Below are positions 10,885 to 21,384 of a DNA stretch of 64,000 bases, one piece after another (the stretch's first letter is position 1; each line of letters starts with the position of its first letter). The position numbers and the translations under genes were made by a program. The DNA is from Nitrosopumilus sp. (GTDB taxonomy: Archaea > Thermoproteota > Nitrososphaeria > Nitrososphaerales > Nitrosopumilaceae), in the NCBI GenBank assembly GCA_965197525.1, contig OZ240211.1, forward strand, positions 1,536,001 to 1,600,000, read 5' to 3'. Under the pieces are notes generated by a model, which was not told where the DNA came from, made no database searches, and saw only the letters and a list, made by a program, of their open reading frames with translations.

Positions 10885-11080
10885 CAATACTGATAATAGA
10901 TCTGAAGAATTTGAGACATTGCGTATTGTTGAGATATGTAATTGAGTTGATAAACTTGCATCCATATGCTATGTTTGACGTAGCTGATACAGGTAAGATA
11001 GAAACTGGTGCAGCTGCCAAAAAACTTGCAGATTAAATTCTGATTGTCTTATTGAGATATTGATAGTTTCTGTTAATGAT
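10882..11080 (+). pseudogene. ThiF/MoeB (E1-like adenylyltransferase) remnant, 5' part
   Basis: Frameshifted pieces SNTDNRSEEFETLRIV / VIELINLHPYAMFDVADTGKIETGAAAKKL / LNSDCLIEILIVSVND match the E1 core pattern LRIvDrDvIELSNLHRQ.F...DVG..K..VAAKKL..LNP. Confidence 0.75.
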
Positions 11081-11081
11081 T

Positions 11082-12589
11082 AGAGTTTATGATTAATCGA
11101 CCAGAAAAACAGGATCAGAAAAATTTGCCAAATTTTCTATTAAACTAAACTCGTGCCGTTAAATTTACCTCTTGCAAGTATATGGTAATGGACAAACAAG
11201 TTCTAACTAAACTAGAGGCCAAGATGGCAAAGTTAGAGAAAGAGAATTTGAGACTGAAGACAAAACAGATCAAAGAGAACAAGAAAAAAGAGAAAGAGAT
11301 CTCGAGACTGAAGACACGGCTAGCAAAGGAGGACTCATTATGGAATACGGAGCTTGGACAGATGAGGCATTCATCCGTGCTGCCTACAAGATTGCTTCAC
11401 GCACAAGAAATGTTAGAGTATGTGCTCTCAGATGAGAAGATGATAAACGCACTTACAAGAAACACAAAGGAGATATTTTATGACACGCTTGAGGATCTAA
11501 CCCGAATAATCAAAAAATCAAACGACGCCCCGCACTTTCGGGACGACCATAATAGAAAAGAAGAGTCCGGAAACCAGTGCAAGTTGTATATCCGGCACTT
11601 TCTGCTCATGACCCAGGTAAGAAAGGCACATAACATGGGGCAGGAGTCACTTGGTGCATTCTTTGGTATAGATCAGAGCACGGTATCAAACTATCTCAAG
11701 CTTGCAGACAAGTACGATGATGAGCTATATGTAGTGACACCGGACAACCTTACAAAGTACATTGCCACGATAAAATCTGAAGAAGAGTTCAAAGAGATTG
11801 TACCGGGCAGGGACGGTGGTGAGATTACCATAGACGGCTCACTTGTAGAGACCACGCGTCCTGAAGACGAAGACGAGCAAAAGAGACAGTACTCTGGCAA
11901 GGGCAAAATGTTTGCAATAAACACGGCCATGATGATAAACAGGCAAAATTACATCATTGGAATAAGTGATTCCAGGGAGGGAAGCTGCCATGACCTGACT
12001 GTATTGACCCAAGGGTTGCCAGACTTTGGCAAATGGACAGATCGCATGATAAATGGAAAGCGCATACCATCTGACCACCGCATACGCCTGAATCTGGACG
12101 GGGGATACATGGGAATACAGGACTATCTTCTTGGGGTAACAGCAAAGGTACCACACAAAAAACCCAAGGGAGGAAAGCTTACTGCCACCAAAAAAGCACA
12201 AAACAAGGCACACTCCAAAAGACGTGTTCCTGTAGAGAACGTCTTTGCACATGTGAAAAACTGGAAACGCATGTCCGGGCGATACGACGGTACTGCTGAA
12301 GAGTTCAACGTAGAATTCAACGGCATATGTGGAATGTACAACAAGCGAAAGATGTGGCAGGATGATACCTATCAATACTGGAAGGATAAGATAAAGAGCA
12401 GGATATAGCGTCTGTTCATTTTATAATGCTGCCGAGCCGGTACACATGAAGATTCCAAATGCACATGATTGCGCATGATTTTTTGATTTTACCCGTGTTG
12501 GGCCTTACCCGTGTTGGGCTTTAACCTCCCCATATGTAATGCCAATATTTTTTCGGAAATTTTTTTCCAACCGATTAATCATAAACTCT
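11082..12589 (+). mobile_element. IS5-family (DDE_Tnp_4/ISL2-like) insertion sequence, apparently intact
   Basis: Perfect 19-bp inverted repeat TAGAGTTTATGATTAATCG (11081-11099) / CGATTAATCATAAACTCTA (12572-12590). Flanks read as an ATT/ATT (or TA/TA) duplication. Confidence 0.9.
11182..12408 (+). CDS. IS5-family DDE transposase
   Basis: FGIDQSTVS HTH, IDGSLVETTRP, YSGKGK, HDLTVL, LDGGYMG, KPKGGKLT...NKAHSKRRVPVENVFAHVK. Confidence 0.92.
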   Translation: MVMDKQVLTKLEAKMAKLEKENLRLKTKQIKENKKKEKEISRLKTRLAKEDSLWNTELGQMRHSSVLPTRLLHAQEMLEYVLSDEKMINALTRNTKEIFYDTLEDLTRIIKKSNDAPHFRDDHNRKEESGNQCKLYIRHFLLMTQVRKAHNMGQESLGAFFGIDQSTVSNYLKLADKYDDELYVVTPDNLTKYIATIKSEEEFKEIVPGRDGGEITIDGSLVETTRPEDEDEQKRQYSGKGKMFAINTAMMINRQNYIIGISDSREGSCHDLTVLTQGLPDFGKWTDRMINGKRIPSDHRIRLNLDGGYMGIQDYLLGVTAKVPHKKPKGGKLTATKKAQNKAHSKRRVPVENVFAHVKNWKRMSGRYDGTAEEFNVEFNGICGMYNKRKMWQDDTYQYWKDKIKSRI

Positions 12590-12590
12590 A

Positions 12591-13230
12591 TTATTATATT
12601 TCAAATTGCTAAAGGGTATGATGTACTAGTTGACATTCTTGCTAGTGTAAATGATAGATGCACATTAAACAAAAAAGCATGTATAAAATTTAGAATTTGG
12701 TTTATAACGGGAATTATTGTATGTGTTTTAAAACAAATGTTTATGGTTTTACCGAAATCGAAAATCTGCTATTTTGTATGTTTTCTGAATTATTAGATTA
12801 GAACACAATGCCTAACCTGGTATTGGAGATGCATATCCCTCCACATCTCTATGGTTGAAACATTCAAGTTGCAAAACCAGTTTCAACTATTATCAGAAAA
12901 AATCTGGTCTATCAGAAACGATTCTGTGTATTAATCAAAAAAATCCTGATTTTAACAATATCCACGTATTTTGAATATAGAGTGTCTACTATACAAAATA
13001 GATAACTTGAATGTTATCTCAATGGATGCATTCATTATCAAAGTGTAATGTGGCAAAAGAGCCAGGAGGAACCTGCACATTCGATTGCACCTACTTGCAT
13101 ATTTGGTCTAGAAGCAAGTACTCTCCTGTCATTGGGACGCAATCTATTGGATAAAGGGATTCTAATATCACAATTTGCAGTTCCTATGAAGCACATCAGT
13201 GCTGACGCAGTGACAATATCAAATATCTAA
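12591..13230 (+). pseudogene. ThiF/MoeB (E1-like) remnant, 3' part
   Basis: KGYDVLVDILASVNDRCTLNKKACIKFRIWFITG...VLPKSKICYF matches GcDvviDalDsvnaRy.LN.aC....pfvtG...P..saCy.C. Multiple stops and frameshifts; 3' limit approximate. Confidence 0.7.
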
Positions 13231-13390
13231 AAATTTGAATACTGACATGTCTGAATCTTGTAATTCTTTTTGCTTGTCTTTAGATGTGTGCGCAAATGAA
13301 CATAAACTCTCCTAAATTGTCTTTAGCACTGTTGATTATGTCCAATTTTCCCAAAAGTAATATCTAAGAGAAGATTAACAAATAATTAAA

Positions 13391-14362
13391 ATGAAATTAC
13401 AACTATTATTTTTCATATTTACAGTATTTTTATTCACAAGTACTCCCGCACTATCCTATGCTGAGTTAGAATTATTCACAAACAGCAAAGTCTACTCTCC
13501 TGCCCATAATCTTCAAGTATATGGCAACGGGCTAGATGAAGAAAATATAATTATACGACTATTTGCACCTGACGAATCCATTGCAAAATTTGATCAGATA
13601 ACTACCAACCCTGATGGTTCTTTTAATTTTGATCTGTTAACTTGGCCTGAACCATCTGTAAATTTTCCTTATGGGACATATACCATTGAAGTAATTAGTA
13701 CTGCACAAAACGGTCTGTCTCAAAAAATCGATGTAAAGTTTTCATCAACTACGGATCTCCTTGATGTTCCAGTTGAAAGAAATATCAATACGCTAGTATT
13801 TGCACCAGAGACTGCTGCAATCAATCAACCTTTCAGGGTATTTGTTCAGACAACAAGTGATGGCCTCTTGATTGGAAATATCCCATCTGAATTGTTAGGC
13901 AGCACACACGTTCACTTGCCATCCGGCGTCTCTGTCCCTTTGGCTGTCTCTTTTGAAACTCTTCATCAGGGACTGTATTTTGTTGATTACACTCCGCAAG
14001 AGGAAGGAACCCATGTATTTCATGTAGTTGCGTTCAGTCAAGGAACTGTATCTCATGGGTCAGCAGCTACTAATGTTCTAAGCCAAGATTTAGGCGGGAT
14101 CTCAGAACAGATAATCAACCTAAACTCTATCCTAAAGAATACTTCTGATGAGCTTGGTGTTCTTAAATCTGAAATTGAAGGATTTGACAGTGCCTTGGAG
14201 CAGGCAAGTACCAAGATCGACGAAAGTACTGATAACATTGCTACATCGGTAGAATTCATTAGTGAGGCCTCCTCGCAACTCAACTCATTGCTATTTCCAA
14301 TCATTGCATCAATAGGAATCATAGTCGCACTCCAAATTGCAATCCTTGCTAGAAGAAGATAG
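13391..14362 (+). CDS. Exported, C-terminally membrane-anchored conserved protein with coiled-coil segment
   Basis: Signal peptide, heptad region (ISEQIINLNSILKNTSDEL...), C-terminal TM followed by RRR. Confidence 0.8.
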   Translation: MKLQLLFFIFTVFLFTSTPALSYAELELFTNSKVYSPAHNLQVYGNGLDEENIIIRLFAPDESIAKFDQITTNPDGSFNFDLLTWPEPSVNFPYGTYTIEVISTAQNGLSQKIDVKFSSTTDLLDVPVERNINTLVFAPETAAINQPFRVFVQTTSDGLLIGNIPSELLGSTHVHLPSGVSVPLAVSFETLHQGLYFVDYTPQEEGTHVFHVVAFSQGTVSHGSAATNVLSQDLGGISEQIINLNSILKNTSDELGVLKSEIEGFDSALEQASTKIDESTDNIATSVEFISEASSQLNSLLFPIIASIGIIVALQIAILARRR

Positions 14363-14374
14363 TTATAATAGTGC

Positions 14375-17300
14375 ATGAGAACAAAAATAATTATGCCCAA
14401 AGTGGCGATCCTTCTTGTTATACTTCTCTCTTCAGTTACTGTAACTAGTTCGTATGCATTTCTCTCAGGCGATCTATCTCACATTGATGATAATGTTGGT
14501 ACTTTACATCATCCTTCTCTATTCTTTGATTCAGATATTGTACAAGTTGATTCTGAATTTTTCACTGAAAGTGCTTGGAAAAGATATCTTATCTTTGGGA
14601 ATAGTTTACCAGATAACAACTCTTTGGCAAATAATTCAATATACAGCATTCAATCTCAAGCCGGATTTTTTTATGTATCAGTCCTATCTGAACAGACTGC
14701 ATCTAATTTAGCATCACAAGGATATCATGTCATCGAAGATTTTCCATTGGACTTTCATCAATCAAATGATGATACTCCTGATGCTACAAACATCGGCGAT
14801 ATTACAAGCTCCAAACAATCTCTTCAGAGATATAATTCTACTGGCGACAGCGTTGTAATTGCAATTGTAGATACAGGAGTTGATTTTTCAAATCCTGACA
14901 TCCGACACTCGCTTGCACGTGATGATCTCAACCATCCTATAATGCTTGATCCAGACGGTCAAGGAATAGTCTTGACTAACTCAACTTTTTTTGCATATAT
15001 TGATGAAAACGAGATTATTAGAAACTACACCCAACCTCTCCCTTCACACATGACCTCCTCTGTATATGTAACTAAAGACGGGGTATTCCTTGATCTTGTA
15101 CAAGATGGTAGTGGCAGTGATATTCCAATATACAACTCATTCTTCCCATACTTTGGCGATTCAGCTATCTTTAATGGTACAGTAACTGATGATTTTAAGA
15201 TCGGATCTAGTAATAGGGACTATATTAAATCACAGAGTGGTGTATATCGTCTTGGTATGATATACCAAGGTGAGTTAGCTGGACGATTTGCTGGAGTACA
15301 GGTAGTGCCTGTACTGTTAGTGGACTCTTTTACGCCTGGGGTTTATGATACGCTGATTCCTGATATGAGCACATCTTGGACAGATTATACAAAATCTGAT
15401 TTAGATTTATTTGAAGTACCCGACTATGACTTTGATTTTACTGATGAAAAGCCAATTGTGCTAGGAAGTGGTAACGAATTCCTTGTTTATGATTCGGATG
15501 GTGATGGAAGAGATGATTATAGTGCAGGAACTTTTGGTGCACAAGTTTTGGACGTTTATGGCGTTATTAGACATAATTCAACTGAAATTGATGATCATTT
15601 GCAAGCCATCAATGGGACACTGCTACCTGCACTTGATCCAGATGGCGAATTCTTTGGATTGATGACTGATTTTACTGGTCATGGAACTGCAAGTACTGCA
15701 TCCATTGTTTCTCGTGGTCATGAGACTTATGATATTTATGAGAATTCAACGCAATATTCTATCACCGGTGTAGCCCCCGGAGCACAAATCATACCTGTCA
15801 AAGCATTGTGGTTTGGTGATACTGTTTATGGATGGCTGTGGGCTGCAGGCTTTGATAACGACAGTACCAACTGGACGCTTACAGACAAGCCTAGAGCTGA
15901 TATAATCTCAAATAGCTGGGGCATATCTGGTTTTCCTCTTCTTTTGTCATCCCCGGGAATGGATGTGATATCGTTAATTCTTAGTATGTTATCTACTCCC
16001 TCTTCTTTTGATGATGACTATCCTGGAGTAGTCATAGTCGCTAGTGCTGGAAATTCTGGTCATGGTTATGGAACAATTGGACTGCCTGCTAGCTCTCCTT
16101 TTGGTATCACAGTTGGCGCTACAACTAATCACGTCTTTGTTGGATATGGCCCATTTAAGGATCAGCCGCGATTCGGTAATACTACTACTCACAACAATCA
16201 CATAGTTGACTTTTCTAGTCGCGGTCCTAGCACAATCGGAGATCCCAAGCCGGATCTCGTCAGTCTTGGTGCTTTTGGATTTGTTCCAACAAATGTTTTG
16301 AGGGCTTCGGCGGATTCAGACGATGAAGCGTTTTCTTTGTATGGGGGTACTAGCATGTCAGCACCAATCGTTTCAGGCAGTGCGGCGGTATTAATTGAAG
16401 CTATGAAAAAAGAATTCATAGATTATGATCCATTTTTGATTAAAAATATCCTTACATCTACTGCTACTGATCTGGGCAACGATCCTCTGGCACAGGGATC
16501 CGGTTTGGTAAATGTAGAATCTGCCTTAAACTATGTTCACGGTGATGACGGTGTGTTTATAGTGTATAATGATGGTTCTTATGATAATCTTAAAAATGTC
16601 ATGGATCCCGCAATTGCAAGTATAAATTCCACTGCAATAGGTTTTGAGAGTTTTAATCTTCCCACACGATCATTTCCAATGACTAGCTGGTTTGCAGGAC
16701 AGCTGCATCCTGGAGATAGAACCACAACTAGTTTCACGATTGATAATCTTACAAACGATACTCTTTCTGTTGATATCAAACCACAAATTTTATCCATGAT
16801 TGCGCAAAAACAATTCAATGGAACTACAACTCCGCACCAGCAAGATTCTATACTGAATATGACTGATACGTTTATTCCTAATTACGTAAAGTTATCTGAC
16901 GTTCGTATACAAGACAAGTTGAGTGATTTTTTTAATGAAGACGATCCTATTCCTGATGATTCGTCATTAATGGTATTAAATGTAAATTTCTTATTTGATG
17001 ATTTTATGAATAGTACCGCTGATGTCTATGCTGATGATTTCAAAATTGCGTCGTTATATGTATATGATTGGATGGATAACAATAACGACACAAAAGTCAC
17101 AAGTAACGAACTATCTATGGTGAATCGAGCCGGTTCATGGGGAACCGTTCAGGAATTGAGAGTCTCTGATCCTAACGAGCAATTCAACGGCGTGCCTCTA
17201 GTGGGTATTTATCCGGTGCCTACAAGACAGTCATACTGGATAGGCGATACGTCACAAAATTCCACATCCTTTGATTATACCATCTCTGCTAGTTATTACA

Positions 17301-18394
17301 AGAAAGAACCGTGGCCTCTTGTGTGGTCTGAATCAGATACCGTCACTGTTCCTTCCCAAGATGCATCTGTAGTTGATGTAACTATTGTTACACCGCCGGA
17401 TATTTCAACTGGAATATATCAAGGATTTCTAACATTTGAAGGTATTACACATACTGTAAACGCTCCCGTGTCCTTTGTAGTCAAAGAACCCATATCTGAA
17501 AATGATTCTCTAGTTGTTTTTGATGGAGTCTCAAGTAGCGACCTACTTTATGGAAATGGGTATACCAAAGGTGCATTTGATATGGGTGGTAGATATATGG
17601 CAGGTGATTGGCGGCACTACTATTTTGATATACAAGACGAATCTATTAATTCCGCAGCTATTGAGCTTTCGTGGGATAGTGATGATACCAATCTCGCTGT
17701 GTTTGCAATAGATCCTACAGGCCAGATAATTCAGACCAATGTTCCTTCTGGCGTGTTTGGCCATTTCTCTAATTGGATATCTCTTGATTGGTTGGGCAGA
17801 TCTTTCTTTAGTGGGGGCGGAGGTTTTTATCCGGTAAAGAACAAGGATGATACATCAACGGTACTTTTTGTACCGATTAATCAAACAGGAACTTATACAC
17901 TGTTAACACATTCAACTTTGTTTGGCGGCGTATCCACTACGGAACCTATTTCATTGGCAGCTAAATTTACAAATATTTCAAGCGAGGCGGTTGCAGAATT
18001 AATTCTTAGTGATGATAATGACGACAGTAGGGACAACGTATCGAAGAATGATTCTGTTGATATGTCTGACGATGGTACTGCCGTCTTGGAACCTACTGCA
18101 GATTCCAATGATGAACGAGGAACAACTACAGGAACATCCGGTTTGGTACACGATAAAGATACTGATCCATTACAAGATAACAATAACGCATCAAATACAA
18201 TAAAAGCCAAAGAGGTTAATCCTGATGACAGTCTTGTATCGCCTGCTGCCACATCTGATCTATCTGTTGAGGCAATGATTGCAATTGGTGCAAGCATCGG
18301 TGTAGGTATAGGAGTTGGTATAGGCATAGTATTTACCGCTAGACGAAGATCTACTCCCGATAGCACAACGACGTCACAAGCAGTATCATTTTAA
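14375..18394 (+). CDS. S8 (subtilisin-like) serine protease, surface-anchored
   Basis: Signal peptide; catalytic D (IVDTGVD), H (GHGTAS), N (SAGNSG), S (GGTSMSAP); acidic linker and C-terminal GxGxG TM anchor. Confidence 0.92.
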   Translation: MRTKIIMPKVAILLVILLSSVTVTSSYAFLSGDLSHIDDNVGTLHHPSLFFDSDIVQVDSEFFTESAWKRYLIFGNSLPDNNSLANNSIYSIQSQAGFFYVSVLSEQTASNLASQGYHVIEDFPLDFHQSNDDTPDATNIGDITSSKQSLQRYNSTGDSVVIAIVDTGVDFSNPDIRHSLARDDLNHPIMLDPDGQGIVLTNSTFFAYIDENEIIRNYTQPLPSHMTSSVYVTKDGVFLDLVQDGSGSDIPIYNSFFPYFGDSAIFNGTVTDDFKIGSSNRDYIKSQSGVYRLGMIYQGELAGRFAGVQVVPVLLVDSFTPGVYDTLIPDMSTSWTDYTKSDLDLFEVPDYDFDFTDEKPIVLGSGNEFLVYDSDGDGRDDYSAGTFGAQVLDVYGVIRHNSTEIDDHLQAINGTLLPALDPDGEFFGLMTDFTGHGTASTASIVSRGHETYDIYENSTQYSITGVAPGAQIIPVKALWFGDTVYGWLWAAGFDNDSTNWTLTDKPRADIISNSWGISGFPLLLSSPGMDVISLILSMLSTPSSFDDDYPGVVIVASAGNSGHGYGTIGLPASSPFGITVGATTNHVFVGYGPFKDQPRFGNTTTHNNHIVDFSSRGPSTIGDPKPDLVSLGAFGFVPTNVLRASADSDDEAFSLYGGTSMSAPIVSGSAAVLIEAMKKEFIDYDPFLIKNILTSTATDLGNDPLAQGSGLVNVESALNYVHGDDGVFIVYNDGSYDNLKNVMDPAIASINSTAIGFESFNLPTRSFPMTSWFAGQLHPGDRTTTSFTIDNLTNDTLSVDIKPQILSMIAQKQFNGTTTPHQQDSILNMTDTFIPNYVKLSDVRIQDKLSDFFNEDDPIPDDSSLMVLNVNFLFDDFMNSTADVYADDFKIASLYVYDWMDNNNDTKVTSNELSMVNRAGSWGTVQELRVSDPNEQFNGVPLVGIYPVPTRQSYWIGDTSQNSTSFDYTISASYYKKEPWPLVWSESDTVTVPSQDASVVDVTIVTPPDISTGIYQGFLTFEGITHTVNAPVSFVVKEPISENDSLVVFDGVSSSDLLYGNGYTKGAFDMGGRYMAGDWRHYYFDIQDESINSAAIELSWDSDDTNLAVFAIDPTGQIIQTNVPSGVFGHFSNWISLDWLGRSFFSGGGGFYPVKNKDDTSTVLFVPINQTGTYTLLTHSTLFGGVSTTEPISLAAKFTNISSEAVAELILSDDNDDSRDNVSKNDSVDMSDDGTAVLEPTADSNDERGTTTGTSGLVHDKDTDPLQDNNNASNTIKAKEVNPDDSLVSPAATSDLSVEAMIAIGASIGVGIGVGIGIVFTARRRSTPDSTTTSQAVSF

Positions 18395-18601
18395 CTACAA
18401 ATCTGACTAGTTATCATATTTTTATCTGTATGACAGAGTTGACAACAAAACTGCATCTTTTGTATAATTTTTGTAAAAATCATATTCGAATGACGTCTAT
18501 TATTAATAAATCTCAAATTTGAAACTATTCAGCCATATACTGCTCACTAGTTTGAAAATTAAAGAAGATTTATAACCAATTTGGCGATTATTTGAGCTTG
18601 A

Positions 18602-19207
18602 ATGTCAGAACTTGGAACCAAAAAATCTGGCGGATTATCCAGAAGAGATTTTTTAAAGTTGATGGGTGCTGCTGGTACAGGGTTAGCATTTGCTCCATTT
18701 GTTCCGTTTGGTAACTTTATGCCCAATCCTAACCAAGCGTCACTTGAAAAAGTACCTGTTATCTTACCTGATGGCTCTCATGCTAATATCAATACATTTC
18801 CAGTTAACTCTGCTGAAGTTATTACTTATCCTGTCACCGGTGATCCGGCATTAGATGCTGAAGCATTTCGTAAATGGCAATTCATTAGATTGCCTGAAGA
18901 GCTAGGAGGCACAAAAAACGATGTAACTGCCGTTAGAGCTTATAGCATGATCTGTCTCCATCTTTGGTGTTTGTGGAAATATTGGCCAAATGATGGACGC
19001 AAGAGAGGCGAATGTCCTTGTCATGGTACTATGTATGATCCAACTACCGGAACAGCTTTTATTGGTCCTGCATCAGTACAAGCTCCTCCGTCAGATACAT
19101 TAGCTGAATTAACCTTGGAACTTGATGCAGATGGATTCTTCTATATTCTGCCCCCCAAGTTTGGTGTAAACGACAATGGAGTAATTGGATATGGCCGTTT
19201 CGCTTGA
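18602..19207 (+). CDS. petC: Rieske 2Fe-2S protein of complex III, Tat-exported
   Basis: SRRDFLK twin-arginine signal; CLHLWC and CPCHG Rieske boxes. Confidence 0.92.
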   Translation: MSELGTKKSGGLSRRDFLKLMGAAGTGLAFAPFVPFGNFMPNPNQASLEKVPVILPDGSHANINTFPVNSAEVITYPVTGDPALDAEAFRKWQFIRLPEELGGTKNDVTAVRAYSMICLHLWCLWKYWPNDGRKRGECPCHGTMYDPTTGTAFIGPASVQAPPSDTLAELTLELDADGFFYILPPKFGVNDNGVIGYGRFA

Positions 19208-20864
19208 AAGAAGAACTGGAGTAGTTGCGTTCCTTTACTGGCTCTGGGACGGAGTAGACAGAACTATATTTACTGCAATAAAATTTTCATTTCCTGCTAG
19301 ATTTGTAAGCCCATTTGGATTTTTAGGGATGCTTACATTTATCATATTCATTATTCTTGGAGTTTCTGGCGCGTTATTGATGTTTTATTACCAACCAATT
19401 CTTGACAGAGCTTGGGATAGTGTTGAGTTCATAAACGATGAGGTTCCGTTTGGGTTTCATATTAGAAACATCCACTATCATGGTTCAAACGCAATGGTGC
19501 TTTTGGCTGTTTTACACATGTATTATCAATATTTTAGCGGACGATACAAAATTCGAAACGAAGTTTTATGGATGACTGGTGTTATTCTTGGTACCGTAAC
19601 CATTCTTGAAGCATTTACCGGCTATGATGTGATATTTAGTGAGAGAGCAGAACTTGCGATTAGTATTGCAGCATCGCTTACAACCTCGATCCCAGTGGTA
19701 GGCCCGACAATTCGTGACGCGGCGCTTGGCAGTGGGTTCTCTGATTTTGTATTGCGATTTTATGCGCAGCACGTATTTCTGCTGCCGATAGTAATGCTTG
19801 GATTGATGGCAGTCCATTTCCCAAGATTTCTAGTTTTTGACGTACCAATGGTGATGGCAATCAGTGGCGCGATTCTGATTACCGGAGGCGTATTCCCAAT
19901 TGATCTTGGATTCAAATTTGAACCTGATAAACCGCCTGGTGTAACAGTCCCTGAGTGGTACCTTACAGGAATCTATGCATTTATGAGAACACAATATGAC
20001 AAGTTTGTCACGGGATTACTGTGGCCGTTGCTGTTTATCATATCATTTGTGCTGATTCCATTCATTGACCGATATAAGAAATTCTCTTGGAGAGATAGAC
20101 CAATTATTACAGCATTTGGTATTACCAGCCTTGCTCAAATTATGGTTACCACCTATTGGGGGTTCTACATCTCTCCTGACGCCAAAATTCCTCTAGTTGA
20201 GCGCTTGGTTATTGATCCTATATTCTTCTACTCTACTATGATACTGTTAGTACCATTGGGCTTTGGATTTACTTATATGATGATCAAACTAGCCAATGAG
20301 GCAGAAAGAAAATCAAAGATTGCGAAAAGTAACGGTCCACAAAAAGTAGCTACTATCAGCCTTTCTGAAAAATGGATTAATTGGTTGCTTATTGCTCTCT
20401 TAGCATTCCAAGTATTTCTAAACATTGCAGCATATAATGCAGCTTTGACAGGAATGAAGAATGTCTCATTATTCTTTGTTGGAATTATATTGCTAGTATT
20501 TGCAGCATTCTTCCATGTGTATAGATATGCACTCAGTCAACAAAAGAATGCACCTCCGCCTGCGCCTGAACCTGTAGACGATGACACGCCAAGATTATCT
20601 GAGCCTGATCCTCCATCTGTCGAATCTTCTGCCGGAGAACTTTCAGAAGGAGATAATACATCCAAAGATGCGCCAAAACCGCAAGTGTCTGGACCTAGTA
20701 GTAGCAGTAGTGGTAGCGATACCGGCGATGGTGCTGGGACTGACGATGTTCCTCTACCTAAGATTCAAGCAGACGTAGAAATTCCATCCGATGCTAATAA
20801 TAACGACATTACTAATACTAATAATAATAATAATATTGGCTCAAGTGATCTTACCAAACCATGA
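19191..20864 (+). CDS. petB: Cytochrome b of complex III with low-complexity acidic tail
   Basis: LMFYYQP, RNIHYHGSN, LHMY, FYAQH, PEWY motif; multiple TM helices. Confidence 0.93.
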   Translation: MAVSLERRTGVVAFLYWLWDGVDRTIFTAIKFSFPARFVSPFGFLGMLTFIIFIILGVSGALLMFYYQPILDRAWDSVEFINDEVPFGFHIRNIHYHGSNAMVLLAVLHMYYQYFSGRYKIRNEVLWMTGVILGTVTILEAFTGYDVIFSERAELAISIAASLTTSIPVVGPTIRDAALGSGFSDFVLRFYAQHVFLLPIVMLGLMAVHFPRFLVFDVPMVMAISGAILITGGVFPIDLGFKFEPDKPPGVTVPEWYLTGIYAFMRTQYDKFVTGLLWPLLFIISFVLIPFIDRYKKFSWRDRPIITAFGITSLAQIMVTTYWGFYISPDAKIPLVERLVIDPIFFYSTMILLVPLGFGFTYMMIKLANEAERKSKIAKSNGPQKVATISLSEKWINWLLIALLAFQVFLNIAAYNAALTGMKNVSLFFVGIILLVFAAFFHVYRYALSQQKNAPPPAPEPVDDDTPRLSEPDPPSVESSAGELSEGDNTSKDAPKPQVSGPSSSSSGSDTGDGAGTDDVPLPKIQADVEIPSDANNNDITNTNNNNNIGSSDLTKP

Positions 20865-20915
20865 GTATCAAATTTCTAAACAAGCTTTATAAGAACTTGA
20901 CCGGTTGAAAAAATT

Positions 20916-21380
20916 ATGAGCACACCAACTTCAAGTCATGCGTATGGTATTGGGGTTATTGCATTAATTGTTGGCATGTCAGCTACTATGGTATTTTATA
21001 CTTCATTCTATCTTCCAGAATCTCTTCTTAAACCCTCAGTGTCTGAACATATTCTAGAACCTGAAGAAGATTTTATAGTTAAAATTGTTGCAGGCGCCCT
21101 GACTGAAGGAAATGAAAATTATGTTCCAAATAAGGCAGAAATAATTTTGGAGGCTAACAATAGGGTAATCTGGGAGAATGATGATGAGACTGCGCATACT
21201 GTCACACCTGATCATAGATATGATGATGGTTACAGTGGTCAATTCGATTCACCAGGAGTCATAAAACCTGGTGAATCTTACGAGTTCTTGTTTACAGAAG
21301 AAGCTGAAGAGATTACTTATCACTGCATACCACATCCATGGATGACTGGAACTATATCTATAGAGAAACAAAAATTCTAG
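20916..21380 (+). CDS. Plastocyanin-like blue copper (cupredoxin) protein, membrane-anchored
   Basis: AHTVTP and YHCIPHPWM type-1 Cu ligands; follows cytochrome b. Confidence 0.9.
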   Translation: MSTPTSSHAYGIGVIALIVGMSATMVFYTSFYLPESLLKPSVSEHILEPEEDFIVKIVAGALTEGNENYVPNKAEIILEANNRVIWENDDETAHTVTPDHRYDDGYSGQFDSPGVIKPGESYEFLFTEEAEEITYHCIPHPWMTGTISIEKQKF

Positions 21381-21384
21381 GATA

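Noticed and set aside
18602-21380. Cupredoxin in place of cytochrome c1 as a novelty
   Set aside because: This is the established complex III arrangement in ammonia-oxidising archaea.
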